Source of the DNA: an uncultured delta proteobacterium
Lineage (GTDB): Bacteria; Desulfobacterota; Desulfomonilia; Desulfomonilales; Desulfomonilaceae
Assembly: GCA_963789265.1 (NCBI GenBank)
Contig: CAWBKB010000005.1
Location: 256,001-320,000 of the forward strand
Reading direction: 5' to 3'
DNA: 64,000 nucleotides
The translations under genes and the position numbers were made by a program. Of this stretch, positions 21,649-32,886 are shown one piece after another. Under the pieces are notes generated by a model. It saw only the letters and a program-made list of their open reading frames with translations. It was not told the origin of the DNA and searched no databases. Numbering within the stretch: position 1 is the stretch's first letter; each line of letters begins with the position of its first letter.

Positions 21649-24600
21649 CTAGTGATTTATGACTCGCCGCTCCGCTACAGTCTGTCCCAATTGAAATCGG
21701 GCAACACTGTCGGAAAATAGATCTGCTGTATGAGGATGGCAAGTGAAGAACAAAACTTGCACGCCCGTTTCTTCTGCAAATCTTGCGAGAGCGTCGGCAG
21801 TTCGACGTGCCCTCTCAGGATCGAAGTTCACCAGCACATCGTCCATCATCATGGGAATACTGAATTTATCCCTATGGTGCACGTCCAGATGGGCAAGCCT
21901 CATGGAAAGGTAAAGCTGCTCCAGCGTCCCGCGACTTAATTGTTCCTCTTCGATCCTTGTACCATCCTCGCGTTCCACTTTGACGCGATTCCCATCCAAC
22001 GGAAAGAGAACCTTTTCAAACGAACCACCTGTCACGGCGCTGAAGATTTCCGAACTTTGTGCGAGCAGTCTGGGCTGCTTTTCCGATTCGTACATTCTGA
22101 CTGTTCGGCTTAGCAAATCCGACGAGAGCTTGAAAACAATCCATTCCCTGATTCCGTCGCGGAACCGCGCAAGCAGTTCTTCTTTTTCCGCGAGTAGATG
22201 GTCCATTTCGTCTTCGGCCTCCAGAGTCTCGATCTCTTTGGTGAGCATACCGGCCTCTCTGGCGAGACCCTCGGACTCTTCTCTTAGTCGCTGTAAGTCC
22301 TTTGTCAAGGACTCTTCTCTGCGTTTATTCTCAGCCCAATCTTGCGTCTGTAGCTCCATGCGCAGTGCCGCTTCATCTTTCATTTTCAAGCCGGATGTCA
22401 GATTTTCGATGAGAACGCGGCGTTCCTGTTCGATGGTTTTGTGCCTTTCATGCTGTTGGGCAACCTGTCTGAATGATTCTTCATCGTTAACTCTCGCTGC
22501 TTCCATAAGAGCTTGTAGGCGGTTTTCAGCGGCCGTTATCTTCCTTCTCAACGCCTTTAAATTTAGCTCATGCTCCTTAACTCTCTCCACAAGGTCTTTC
22601 TTCTCAGAGAGAGCTTCAGATGCCTCTCTTTCGGCATGACTCCACCGCTCCACTTGATCTACAGGCGAAACATCCGAAGAAAGAAGTCGGCCCATTTTCT
22701 GAGACAACCCTCTCACTAGAACGGCGAACGCCTCCCATTCCTGCTTCAAGATTGCCAACGAGCGTTCTTGTTCGGCTAACTGTCGGGCTTTGCTTTTCAC
22801 TTCACGGAGGCGCTGAACCAATCCCAGCGCGGTTTCGGGCTTCAAACCTCTGCTCAGACCCTTGTCCTCAGCCAAATCGTCCCATTTTCGCTTCAGGGAT
22901 TCAAACTCGCTTTTCGAATCGTCCAGGAGTCTTAGCATCTCGGCGTTCCGGGCGTTCTCCATCTTCAAATCTGCTCTATCGGAATTTAAGCCGTCTTCGA
23001 GGACCCGGCGGCGGCGAAATGATTGCTCGGCAGCCATGGAGCGCCTTTCGGCTTCCAAGACGTCCTTCATGCCCGCATCGGGATCGCCCAACAAATCTCC
23101 AGCGATCTGTCGAAGGTTCTGTCTCAAATCATGGGTCTGCTTAAGGAGCGAACGACGCTCGTTTTCAATTTCCCCGATCTCACGCGTGACATCATCTCTC
23201 TTTGCCAGCAGGGCTTCCCTCTCACTCTGGATGCGGGACCGACGCCGGCGCAACTCAAGGACTTTCGACCCACCAACCAAGATACTGAACAGAATAGTGC
23301 ACGAACCGGTGCCAAACAGAAATAGGGAGATACGGGCCGAACTTAGCCACGCAAATATCAGCATTCCGATGCCGGCTGTAGTGAGCAGCGCAATGAGTGT
23401 CCCAAAGAAGACAGGAGACATTACCGATGCGGGTTCAGTCTCCAACCTCTTCAGCTCTTTATCCAATGCTTCCCGGTCCGACACGAGAAGCCTCGCCTTT
23501 TCGTCTTTGTCGGAAAGACGCTCGTCCAGTCTGTCAATGTTGTTTCGAATCTCCTTCCATTCCTGGAGTCCGTTACGAACGGCAGGCTCAAGATAACCGT
23601 TGCAGAGCGGCATAATCTGGGCCAATTCCCCGGCCTTACGCGCTATCTTCTCTTCCTGCAATTTCAGCCGTTCCGTCGATTCGAGCAGCCGCGTTTCCAG
23701 GCTCGCTATCTTCGATCCAATGTATTGCAGTGAATCCATAAACGTCCGGATTTCTTCTTCCAGAACCAGCGATGGGTCCGATCGGGCGACCCGTTCGCGA
23801 TTCCAACTATTTCCAAAACTCGCAATCTCTTCGTCGAGGCTGCGGTTGGACTGGGCAATGGTGGATTCCAATTGCTGCATTTCCAAGGGCCGGCGGGCCA
23901 GGCTGCCTGCATCGCGAGTGAGCGAGCGGATCGAATCGCCATGCTCCAGAAGCACCGTGTCCGGCTTCAACATACTAAGTTGCTTCCGCAGAAGATCCAG
24001 GCGCTCTTCCAGGGCCGAGGATTCTTGCAAGGCTTCCTGTTTTCCGGCCAGAGCATGTTCCAATCGGGTGACTCCATCCATCGGAAAATCACGTGCATCT
24101 GCAAGCTGCAACGCCTGATTGTCCAAAGAGACCAGCTTTCTCCATTGTTCTTCACAACGGTTGATGTCTGCCAAGTTTTGCAGACAAGCCTCCTTAGTCT
24201 CTATTTCTGCCCCAATTTGGCCGCGCCTATGATCGACCATGGCGAGGTGCGTCTTAAGCTCAGAATATTTTGCCGGTTGTTGAGCGAGCTTATTCAGGCT
24301 TTTGTCCAGCGCGCTCATACGTGATTGAATGACCCAGAGCGAGTCATCCTCTTTCTGGGATTGTTTCATTAGACTTTTCAGGCGCTCGCCCAACTTTTTG
24401 AGGATGTCCAAGGGATTCGCCGCGACCGACCCCAGTGCCGCAGAAACTACTCTACCTCGAAGAGCTTCCTGGTCCAACTGTCGCAACCCCTCCAGATCAA
24501 AAGCAAAAAGCGTTTCGTAGGCACTTCTCTGGACTCCTGAGGCAAACAACGGGACTGTTGCAGCGTCCAACTCGTTCCCCTGTTCGTCTGAAATCGTTAG

Positions 24601-24890
24601 AATCCCCTCCTTGGAACCAGCTTTTTCAGCCCGCTGGATATGGATTTTCGGCCCTTGTCCAATGCGGACGACCACCCGGCCCTTTCGGAGGTACTGTCGA
24701 GGGTCTCATAGTTATTTGTCCTCCCGCTCTTTCTTCTGAAGCCAAAGAGAACGCAGCGCATAAATTCTAAGATTGTGCTCTTTCCCGCTTCGTTTGGGCC
24801 GACAATCACCGTCAGTCCCGGGCGGAGATCACTAATCGTCACCTGCTTACAGGCACCGAAGCTCTCAATAATTATTTCCTGTACCCACAT
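21649..24890 (-). CDS. yhaN: YhaN-like SMC/Rad50-type ATPase (frameshift near 24690)
   Basis: Walker A GPNEAGKST, long coiled coil with two TM segments, LSRGTLEQLYLSMRLA, MDDVLVNFD, FFTCH. Confidence 0.9.
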
Positions 24891-24960
24891 CCCCACCTGT
24901 CCTTATGACCCCTATCTAGGGATTTTGTTTGAGGGCGACGAGTTGAACGCTCATCGCTTT

Positions 24961-26265
24961 TCATGGGCGTTTTTCTCCAGGTTCCATGAACATCCGAGCC
25001 ACGAGATTCGCGGCCTCGTCCACCAACGTTGCAAGGGCCTCAGGGTCATCTTTCAATGCTTCCAGGTTAAGCTGTGGGACGACATAGCGTCTATGCAGCT
25101 TTTTCAAGAGCTCAGCTTGAACACCACTGAGAAGATTGTCTCGCGTGGCGGGATCCTCGGCGGATCGCCGGCACAGGTCGAGAAAGTCGCCCAGAAAGCC
25201 TTCTTCATTTCTCAGGGTTTCCAGATCCGTGAATGATCGAGTCGAATCGCGGATAGATTCGAGAAACACCGGTAGTGGGAGGATTGCCAAGCGTTCACAC
25301 AGCACCTCGAAAAACTCTGCATCCTTATTGGCCATTTTGAGGTCCTGCAGACCGCACTCCCCTGTTAAGTTTAGACGTACCACGAGAGCCCTGACGGTAT
25401 CTGTGTCGGCAGAAGTAAAAGGAGTACTGGAGCAGACCGCCTCGGCAGCTTCCACGAGATCCTCGGAGTTCTGACAATCCGACACATTCAGGTCCATATT
25501 GAGCCAATAAACGGGCGCCAAAGGAACGAACTGTGCAGACGCAGAACCAACGGCATCGGCACTGACCAGATAACAACCACAAGGCCCGCTTTCGTTGATG
25601 TGAGCCCCCTGGCTCGTCCCAGGATACAGAATTAGAGGGTCCTGACATAGGACTTCGCATGAATGAACGTGGCCCAAACACCAAATATCCATCCCCGCGA
25701 TCCTCAGATCTTCCTGAGTGCATGGTGCATAGTTTTCGTGTCCCGATCTCCCAGCGACATTCGTATGCACCACTCCGATGGCTAAATCCACTCCTGGGTC
25801 ACGGTGAAATTTACGTACAAGGTTGTCCGTTGTCACAGTCCTCTCGAAGCTCGCTCCGCAAATCACAACACCATCAGTCTGTTCCACTGTGGCAAGCCGC
25901 ATTCCTTCCGGGCTCGGCCCGAATAGGTGTAGGCCCGGCAAGGTTCGCAAGGACTCGGGAAAACTCTTTAGCGGGTCGTGGTTGCCAACTGCCATGTAAA
26001 CGGGGATACTCGCTTCATAAAGGCGCTCCAGACCGTTTTTAAATGCGACCCTGGCGCGTACCGTAGGGTTTGCCGCGTCAAACACGTCACCGCCAATGGT
26101 CAAAAAATCAACCTTCCGATCGATCGCTGTAGTGACAATCCGGTCCCAGGCGTCGTATCCTGACTTCAAGAAAAGATCTCCCAGTTCCGGACTTGACCGC
26201 CTCAAGCCGGAGAAAGGTCGGCCCAAGTGGATGTCCGCGGCGTGGATGAATCTCAGAGTTGACAT
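24961..26265 (-). CDS. yhaO: YhaO/Mre11/SbcD-like metallophosphoesterase nuclease
   Basis: HAADIHLG, GGDVFD, GNHD, LGHVH, YPGTSQG. Confidence 0.92.
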   Translation of the reverse strand: MSTLRFIHAADIHLGRPFSGLRRSSPELGDLFLKSGYDAWDRIVTTAIDRKVDFLTIGGDVFDAANPTVRARVAFKNGLERLYEASIPVYMAVGNHDPLKSFPESLRTLPGLHLFGPSPEGMRLATVEQTDGVVICGASFERTVTTDNLVRKFHRDPGVDLAIGVVHTNVAGRSGHENYAPCTQEDLRIAGMDIWCLGHVHSCEVLCQDPLILYPGTSQGAHINESGPCGCYLVSADAVGSASAQFVPLAPVYWLNMDLNVSDCQNSEDLVEAAEAVCSSTPFTSADTDTVRALVVRLNLTGECGLQDLKMANKDAEFFEVLCERLAILPLPVFLESIRDSTRSFTDLETLRNEEGFLGDFLDLCRRSAEDPATRDNLLSGVQAELLKKLHRRYVVPQLNLEALKDDPEALATLVDEAANLVARMFMEPGEKRP

Positions 26266-26497
26266 GTTTGGAAGGCTCCGTTTGAGTCTTGTGTCCTGGT
26301 TTGCACAGAGGATCGCCCGTTCCTATATCACATTTGCAGGTCGGACGGTCACTTTTGATTCCAGTGGCTTTGACCCGCCGGCCAACCTGAGCTAATGCTT
26401 GCGACGTGGTAAATAAAGTCTCTGCCGAAAATCTGGGCCCCGGCTGCACATGTTTGCCTGTATTTCGTATAGTAACCATTTAGACAAGGAGTCGATA

Positions 26498-27596
26498 GTG
26501 ATCGCAATCTGGGCGTCTTTGTTGTGTGCGCTGGTCTTTTGTCCGCCGGCACTACTGGCCTCGGACGTTACCGTCGCCGGGGTGGGACCGCGACTAGTTT
26601 TGAGTTTCCCTAAAGACCACGGCAAACACCCTGACTTTCAAACAGAATGGTGGTATTTCACAGGGAATCTGGATTCTGACAAGGATCGTAAATGGGGATT
26701 CCAATTGACTTTTTTTCGCCGAACCTTCGTCAGGACACCCGCACGCAAACTGTCCGCGTGGGCCGTCAGAGATCTATTCCCGGCCCATTTTGCCCTCACG
26801 GACATTTCTAACCGTACCTTCTTCCATTCCGAGCTTCTAACTCGAAAAGGTCCCGGCCTCGCTCACGCGGCCTCTGACGATCTCGATGTGAGCGTCAAAG
26901 ACTGGTATGCGAAAAGACTGAAAAACGAGATACTCATCGCAGCCCGACATCAGAACTATGCCCTGGACCTTCGGCTTGTCCCGGAGAAGCCGGTCGTCCT
27001 CCAAGGCGACGCGGGGTACAGTCAAAAAGGGGACTCCAAAGGTCAAGCTTCCTATTACTACTCTTTCACGAGACTCAAGGCGAAGGGGACTTTAACATTC
27101 AAAGGAAACAGCCACAAGGTCGCAGGACTGGCCTGGATGGACCACGAATTCGGTTCGAGCATGCTTCAGGGCGACCAGAGCGGATGGGATTGGTTCGCTT
27201 TACAGCTTGATGATGGAACTGAAGTCATGGTATTTCACCTGCGAAAGAAGGATAACACCTTTGAGCGATCTTTCGGAACTTTCGGTACCTAAGAAGGGCC
27301 CTGCCATCGACCTGGGGGACGAACCGGTAGCGATTTTGCCTACTGGAACCTGGACTAGCCCTGTGACCAGGGCAGTTTATCCTTCCGGCTGGACCGTGGA
27401 AATCCCCGGTCGCAACATCAGACTTAAGGTTACACCCGCAATTGAAGCCCAAGAGCTTGCCTCGGGATCGCCAATCGGAATCATTTACTGGGAGGGAGCG
27501 GTAATCGTCAAAGGGTTTCGAGATGGAAAGAAAGTTACAGGTCGGGGCTACGCGGAACTCACCGGATATGCTCGTTCAATGAAGGGACGCCTCTGA
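26498..27596 (+). CDS. AttH/CrtC-like lipocalin-fold secreted hydrolase (frameshift near 27284)
   Basis: FPKDHGKHPDFQTEWWYFTGNL, ASYYYS, WMDHEFGS, GWDWF, YWEGAV, GYAELTGY. Confidence 0.88.
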
Positions 27597-27682
27597 AGCC
27601 CGCCCCAGTTCTTGAAATAATTGCTATTGACAGGATGTTGTCTTCTCCTGTAGGGAGAATATGCGGTGGAGGTGAGGAGCAC

Positions 27683-27766
27683 ATGGAGATACTGTTAGTA
27701 GTATCTGTAACAACGGCGGTTCTTTGGCTTGCTTTCGGAAATAAGAAAGACTGGTCGGGAATGTAA
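27683..27766 (+). CDS. Putative 27-aa single-pass membrane microprotein
   Basis: MEILLVVSVTTAVLWLAFGNKKDWSGM; very strong SD GGAGGTGAGGAG; TTGACA at 27626-27631. Confidence 0.5.
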   Translation: MEILLVVSVTTAVLWLAFGNKKDWSGM

Positions 27767-28068
27767 GAGGTCGGCTGGCCGACTGCGTAAACAACTGGAC
27801 CGGAAGTCTCTGTACCAAGGATCTAGATCAGAGGCTTTCGGTCTCTAATTTTACTGCCGCGCTGCCCTAGCGATTGGTCGTTTCATCAAGGAACTATGTT
27901 CGGAAGCGGACGGACGCGTGGCCAGCTACTGACCGGACGCCTGAAACCGGCAATAATCAAGCCGCGTCTCGCGCAACTCATGCCGAAATTGGTGGCGGTT
28001 TGTGAGGAGGGGCGAGAGGATCTCATGTTTGAAAAGATCCTCCCAAGTAGTTCCCCACAGCTTATAGA

Positions 28069-28353
28069 TCACTGATTGGCCGGCATTGGCCTGGAAGAGC
28101 GGTGCCTGGACCTCATAGGTTTGGGCTGCATTTGACCGTACGCAGCCTGGCCGGGATAACCGTAGTATCCGTACCCATAATTGTATCCGTACCCATACCC
28201 CGCATAGGGAGCTGCTCCCGCACTGTAGCTGCTGCCTGCCCCTGACCAGGGGATACCGCAGTTGAATCAACTCGCCCCTGCGGCGAAAGGCACGATTGCG
28301 ATGGCAAAGACAGCCACCACAAGAAATAACCTAACCGGCTTAATCCACTGCAT
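28069..28353 (-). CDS. Candidate secreted Gly/Tyr-rich selenoprotein (94 aa, in-frame UGA at codon 29, UxxC)
   Basis: SD AGGAGG; MQWIKPVRLFLVVAVFAIAIVPFAAGAS-U-FNCGIPWSGAGSSYSAGAAPYAGYGYGYNYGYGYYGYPGQ...; SECIS-like hairpin after the UGA. Confidence 0.65.
28232..28261 (-). promoter_or_regulatory. Candidate bacterial SECIS element
   Basis: CUGC...CCCCU-GGUC-AGGGG...GCAG; apical GGUC loop at +20 to +23 after the UGA at 28269-28267. Confidence 0.6.
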
Positions 28354-28581
28354 CCTTTCCTCCTTCAAAATGACACATGACTAACGGGAGAGTTATATGT
28401 ACCCTACCGGGGGACCTTTGTCATCTTTTTTCTGCCGGCTGCCATCATTCTCGGATATCTTAAAGAATCTGCGCTATTGGTAGAGTTCAACGGCTGCCGC
28501 CTGCGCGCTACCGATTTCAAAGGGCCATTGTCCACTAGTGGACCATGCGTCCGGCAGGCGCCATGACTTCGGCGCCATCAA

Positions 28582-28608
28582 TAAAAAGGGCGACTCGACG
28601 GTCGCCCT
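28582..28608 (-). terminator. Rho-independent terminator
   Basis: AGGGCGAC-CGTCGA-GTCGCCCT followed by TTTT on the minus strand, downstream of the 87-aa gene. Confidence 0.75.
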
Positions 28609-28666
28609 AGCAGCAAATATCATTTGTCAAATTGTGTTTCTCAGCACGCTATCCCAAAGCGTTTAT

Positions 28667-28930
28667 CTACTCTTTTCGGCAGATCTGGTCTTTCAAAGCT
28701 TCAGACGACCAGACCGCCATTGGACCGCACGCGCCGCGAGCGTCTATGCGGCAGCGATAGCCTGTTCTCGTGACTCCCTGCCCATCAAGAGCGTCCCAAC
28801 TGTTCTTGAAATAGCAGCATTCATCATTAAAGCAGACATAATGCGTTTCGCCGCCCCACGATGAATCAATCGGGGTCTTAATCGGATCCATCTCGCTGCC
28901 ACAGTGCGGGCATGTGGGATCTTTGTCCAT
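28667..28930 (-). CDS. Small zinc-ribbon protein (87 aa)
   Basis: CPHCG...YVCFNDECCYF; SD AGGAGG. Confidence 0.8.
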   Translation of the reverse strand: MDKDPTCPHCGSEMDPIKTPIDSSWGGETHYVCFNDECCYFKNSWDALDGQGVTRTGYRCRIDARGACGPMAVWSSEALKDQICRKE

Positions 28931-29163
28931 TTCTTGACCTCCTGCTTGCCCGAAAATGGCATCTGAAGTCTTTCTCGGGCTGTATTTTCACCGATTTGTC
29001 GTTGGATAATTTGCGATGTTTGCTCTGTTCCTTACGCCGAAGGATTCTCGGCCACGCGTTATCCGTCCGGTAGGTGATCTTCTTTTATAAGTAGACCTTT
29101 CTACCCAATAAATCAAGGATCTGCCGCATTGTTGCCCGAGCGTTCGGGAAAAATATCAATGAG

Positions 29164-30258
29164 TCAATCGAACAACCTATATTTTCTGTAGAAGAATGGT
29201 TTGAGGACCTTCAATCCTAATATTGACACGACGGGCTTGATCCATGAACCAATGCGGCTGTTGCTCCCTAAACACCTGCGACAGTATGGGTTGACAAGAC
29301 GACCCCGCCTAAAACCTCTCATTACTCGTTCAAGTTCAGCGCCGGAGAGAATTTCGAGGAGAGATGAATCCTTGAGGCTTCCCAGCGAGGTGCGGCCATC
29401 GAAGTCTACACAGCACAATACCACCTCTCCTGAGTAAAGAATGGCAAAATGGTCCCGCATCCCAAAACAATAGCCGTATGCCGCCTCTACGATGTCTGCT
29501 CCAGAGAAGGCATTACCCCAGTCTGTAAGTACGTAAGTCTCTATGAAGATATTGGGGCTAATCTCAATTACGTTCCATCCGTGAATGCCGATCTTCTTCA
29601 GCCTTTGGGCCAGGTGCCCGGCCGCGCAGCTAGGACCGAGGCGCCGATAAATAATCTGAGCCCATTCTCGGACGGAATTTCTAAGAGCCTTTGAGCTTCC
29701 CATAAAATTGGGGATTCCAAGCTCATCTCGCATCTGTTTTGCGAAAGACGTGGTCATTATACGAATTTTGAAAATAGGAGGCGAAGGTCTGGCTGCACGC
29801 ACGACCAACAGATCCAGTACTCTTGCTCGATAGTCTTCGAAATCCATGCGAGTTCCGCGGGTGGCAAGGAAACTGTCCTCATCAGGAGTTTGCAGGGAAA
29901 TATCTATTTGGTGCAGGTCTCGCTCGGCTAGTGCTTTTATGGTTTGAGGGTTCAGGAGAGCGCCGTTCGTGGTGAGCCCTACCGGCAGATTTCGAGCGCG
30001 AGCATGATCTAGAATGTCAAGAAACCCGGGGTGCAGAAGCGGTTCTCCCATCACGTGAAAAGTTACCTTCTCTGCCAAATCAAGCTCAGAAATCTGATCC
30101 AGAGCAGATCGAGCCAATGCCTCATTCATTACCCCGCGCTTACGCGTCATCATAGAGTCCGGGCAGAACAGACAAGAGAAGTTGCACCTGTTGGTTAACT
30201 CCAGATGTATTCGTTTAAACTTCTTCGGAAGATAAGGCGGTAATTTCTTGTGAGTCAC
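29164..30258 (-). CDS. Radical SAM protein with SPASM/twitch domain
   Basis: ELTNRCNFSCLFC, GEPLLHP, TTNG, GEVVLCCVDFDG, PYCRRC. Confidence 0.9.
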   Translation of the reverse strand: MTHKKLPPYLPKKFKRIHLELTNRCNFSCLFCPDSMMTRKRGVMNEALARSALDQISELDLAEKVTFHVMGEPLLHPGFLDILDHARARNLPVGLTTNGALLNPQTIKALAERDLHQIDISLQTPDEDSFLATRGTRMDFEDYRARVLDLLVVRAARPSPPIFKIRIMTTSFAKQMRDELGIPNFMGSSKALRNSVREWAQIIYRRLGPSCAAGHLAQRLKKIGIHGWNVIEISPNIFIETYVLTDWGNAFSGADIVEAAYGYCFGMRDHFAILYSGEVVLCCVDFDGRTSLGSLKDSSLLEILSGAELERVMRGFRRGRLVNPYCRRCLGSNSRIGSWIKPVVSILGLKVLKPFFYRKYRLFD

Positions 30259-30477
30259 GTACTACCTTTTCTTTGACAGACTATGAATCTTGCTCATCTG
30301 ATAATGGACCCTTGCACTTACATCCGGAAAGAACAAGTATCCGGTTTATTTGAGGATGATCACGGGCGCGAGGATACCCAACGCCTGTCATAGCTCCATT
30401 CCTGTGGCCGGCCCAAGTTTCGCCGGCGCAAAGACAAGTTAGGATTACCCTGTCATGATGTCAAGTTGACCGTCTAA

Positions 30478-30674
30478 TACCAGAGCGCGATCAAACAGTG
30501 AACAGTCAAGGAAATACAGCACGGATCCGACAAAGCCTCCCGCGGAACGCGGGATGGCACCCAGGGCCCGATCCTGATGGGATGTTGGGTGCCACTGACC
30601 TGAGCACCATCATGGCGCCAGGTCAGTGCCGTTTGCTATCGGCCCATTCTCACTTGTTTGAAAGCGAATCGGTA
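30478..30674. mobile_element. ~197-bp MITE-like repeat, copy 1
   Basis: Imperfect TIRs TACCAGAGCGCGATCAAA / TTTGAAAGCGAATCGGTA, flanked by TAA on both sides; homologous inverted copy at 50936-51077. Confidence 0.75.
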
Positions 30675-31066
30675 TAAGAAGTGGCTGCCTAACGCTCAGC
30701 CGGACCGTGAACCGGCTATTGAAGCTGTCCGAAGGTCGTAATCTCTTGCCTGTCTGACGGCCTGCTTTGAGATAAGAGTTCGGTGATGCGCAGGGTTATG
30801 TAATCCCGACAAGTGATCCGTAACTAATGTTTTGTCTTCACGGATAGTTGAACATATTGTAAGCATACAAGCCGCTCTTTTTTTTGCTTGACCCACGTAG
30901 TGACTTCGTGTAAGTAACCTTCGACACTCTATGATGGAGCGTCAGGCACCAAATGATTTTCCAACGAAAAGCCATTTCTTGCCTTGGGGGCGGGAAAACA
31001 AATAACGAATAAAGCAACAGATGAAAACCGGGGCTGGACCTGCTCTTGCGGTAATGGGCCGAGGAA

Positions 31067-32356
31067 ATGTCAATGGACAGAAAGGGCCAACGCACGCTGA
31101 AGGGAAGCGACCGAATTCTTGCCGGGCCCGATATGCTCCCAGAATCTGCGATTGCTTCACAAACAATTGATCTGGACGGCATTTTCACCCGTGATGTGAC
31201 CACATCGGGAAGCTTTGATTTTCGAAAAATCAAGAACGTCACCTTCGGCAAATTATTGGAAGCGATGCCCATACCCACCCTCTTGATTGATGCGGGGCAT
31301 TGCATAGTATTCGCTAACGAAGCGGCAAAGAGGATGGCCAATGACGGCGACACTCTTATTGGGCGCCCGTTTTCATCCCTATTCCCGGACGCGGCCGACA
31401 GCAAACAGGCATTGCAGGAATTGAACAGGATCTTTGCCTGCCGAAGGATCGGTTTGTTTGAAGCCCTTGTGGACATAGACCAAAAGTCCTTCTGGTGCCG
31501 GCTGAATCTACGTTCCATCCGATTCAGAGATTCCCGATTGGCCCTGTCTCTTGTCGAAGACCTGACCGCCGAACGAAAACAACTCATCATAAGCAAGAAG
31601 TATGAGCAATTAGTTGGTGTATTTCCGATTGGTATCGGAGAATTCGCACTAACGCGTCACATATCGTGGAATAGACCTGTATCCGAATTGCTGCACTCTC
31701 TATCAGACGCTAAATTGATTGGAGGCAACGGCGAGTTGGCTAGAATGTGCGGAGCGAACTGTATAGAAGACGTGAGGGGAGTCCGCATGAAAAAGTTGTT
31801 CCCCTTGAACGAGGCTTATACTGAGCAACTGTTCTCCTGGCTAACCGACGGGTGTCCTGTTCGTTCCTTTGAGATAAAAGAAGCCGGATCTGATGGGGTG
31901 ACAAGATACTTTGAAACTACGTTAGTAGGAAATGTGAAAAGTCGATACGTCTTTGGATTCTGGGTCATGAGGCAGGACGTGACGCACCGGAAGGAGGCCG
32001 AGGAAACGCTGCGGAATGCCCGTGACAGACTTGAAGAAAGAGTAAGAGAACGAACTGTTGAACTTTCGAAAATGAACCAAGAATTAAGAGAACAAATTGC
32101 TGAACGCGAAAGGGCTGAAAAGAATTTGTCCGAAATGGTCGAGGAACTGCAAGAGGCGCTGGCAAAAGTGAAGGCATTAAGCGGGCTGTTGCCCATCTGT
32201 TCGTCGTGCAAAAAGATACGCGATGATAAGGGTTACTGGACTCAGGTAGAAGTATATATCCGAAATCATTCAGAAGCTGATTTCGGCCACAGTATTTGCC
32301 CTGACTCCGCGGCAAAGCTTTACCCGGATTTCTATAATGGGGGGGCTTACAAATAA
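31067..32356 (+). CDS. PAS-domain sensor protein with C-terminal Cys/His metal-binding domain
   Basis: PAS motifs (IVFANEAA, VEDLT, QDVTHRK), coiled coil, LPICSSCKKIRDDKGYW...HSICPDS. Confidence 0.85.
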   Translation: MSMDRKGQRTLKGSDRILAGPDMLPESAIASQTIDLDGIFTRDVTTSGSFDFRKIKNVTFGKLLEAMPIPTLLIDAGHCIVFANEAAKRMANDGDTLIGRPFSSLFPDAADSKQALQELNRIFACRRIGLFEALVDIDQKSFWCRLNLRSIRFRDSRLALSLVEDLTAERKQLIISKKYEQLVGVFPIGIGEFALTRHISWNRPVSELLHSLSDAKLIGGNGELARMCGANCIEDVRGVRMKKLFPLNEAYTEQLFSWLTDGCPVRSFEIKEAGSDGVTRYFETTLVGNVKSRYVFGFWVMRQDVTHRKEAEETLRNARDRLEERVRERTVELSKMNQELREQIAERERAEKNLSEMVEELQEALAKVKALSGLLPICSSCKKIRDDKGYWTQVEVYIRNHSEADFGHSICPDSAAKLYPDFYNGGAYK

Positions 32357-32886
32357 TATTCCTCGACGAATGCTTTCCAAAATGCGTGCCGGCTAGCCCC
32401 CAGCGGGATACAGTGAACGAACTTACCCGCGCCGGCAGAGAAAATATGGCTTGTAACATTAGCAATGCCCCTTCCTCTCGCGGCCGCACCCTAACGTGCC
32501 CATGAAGTTCGGCAGCCACGGCACTACTTTCCGTAGATTTTCAGACTGTATCCATCAAATGACCTCGGTCCGGGTGCCTCTCTAATGTCGGCCTGTCATT
32601 TGGTCCTGCTCTCCCTGTCAAAGTCCCTCCAGAAGCTGCGTTCACTTATCTGAAAATACTCCGGGTTGCCCGTTGGAAAATGTAGTGACGGTCACCGGTC
32701 GTGACCTTCATGGATAGACAGAAGCAGGAACAGCCGATTATTTAGTCGCTCCTCTCCACGGTCCGTGATACGGTTGTCCCGTGTACGGGTCTCGGATAGA
32801 CGTCTGCCTCCAGAGCCGGTTGGTCGTTATAGAGGGCGGAACGTGTAGTCGGATCTGGAAGAAAGCACGGTCTGTGAGGGCAAATA

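Noticed and set aside
28150..28200. Tandem GTATCCGTACCCATA repeats as a CRISPR or VNTR
   Set aside because: Only two copies, explained by the YGYGY coding repeats of the peptide.
28069..30258. Radical SAM/SPASM plus zinc ribbon plus Sec peptide as a RiPP cluster
   Set aside because: Gaps of ~230 and ~310 bp and a clear terminator at 28582-28608 separate the peptide, which also has an export signal. Linkage is unsupported without synteny data.
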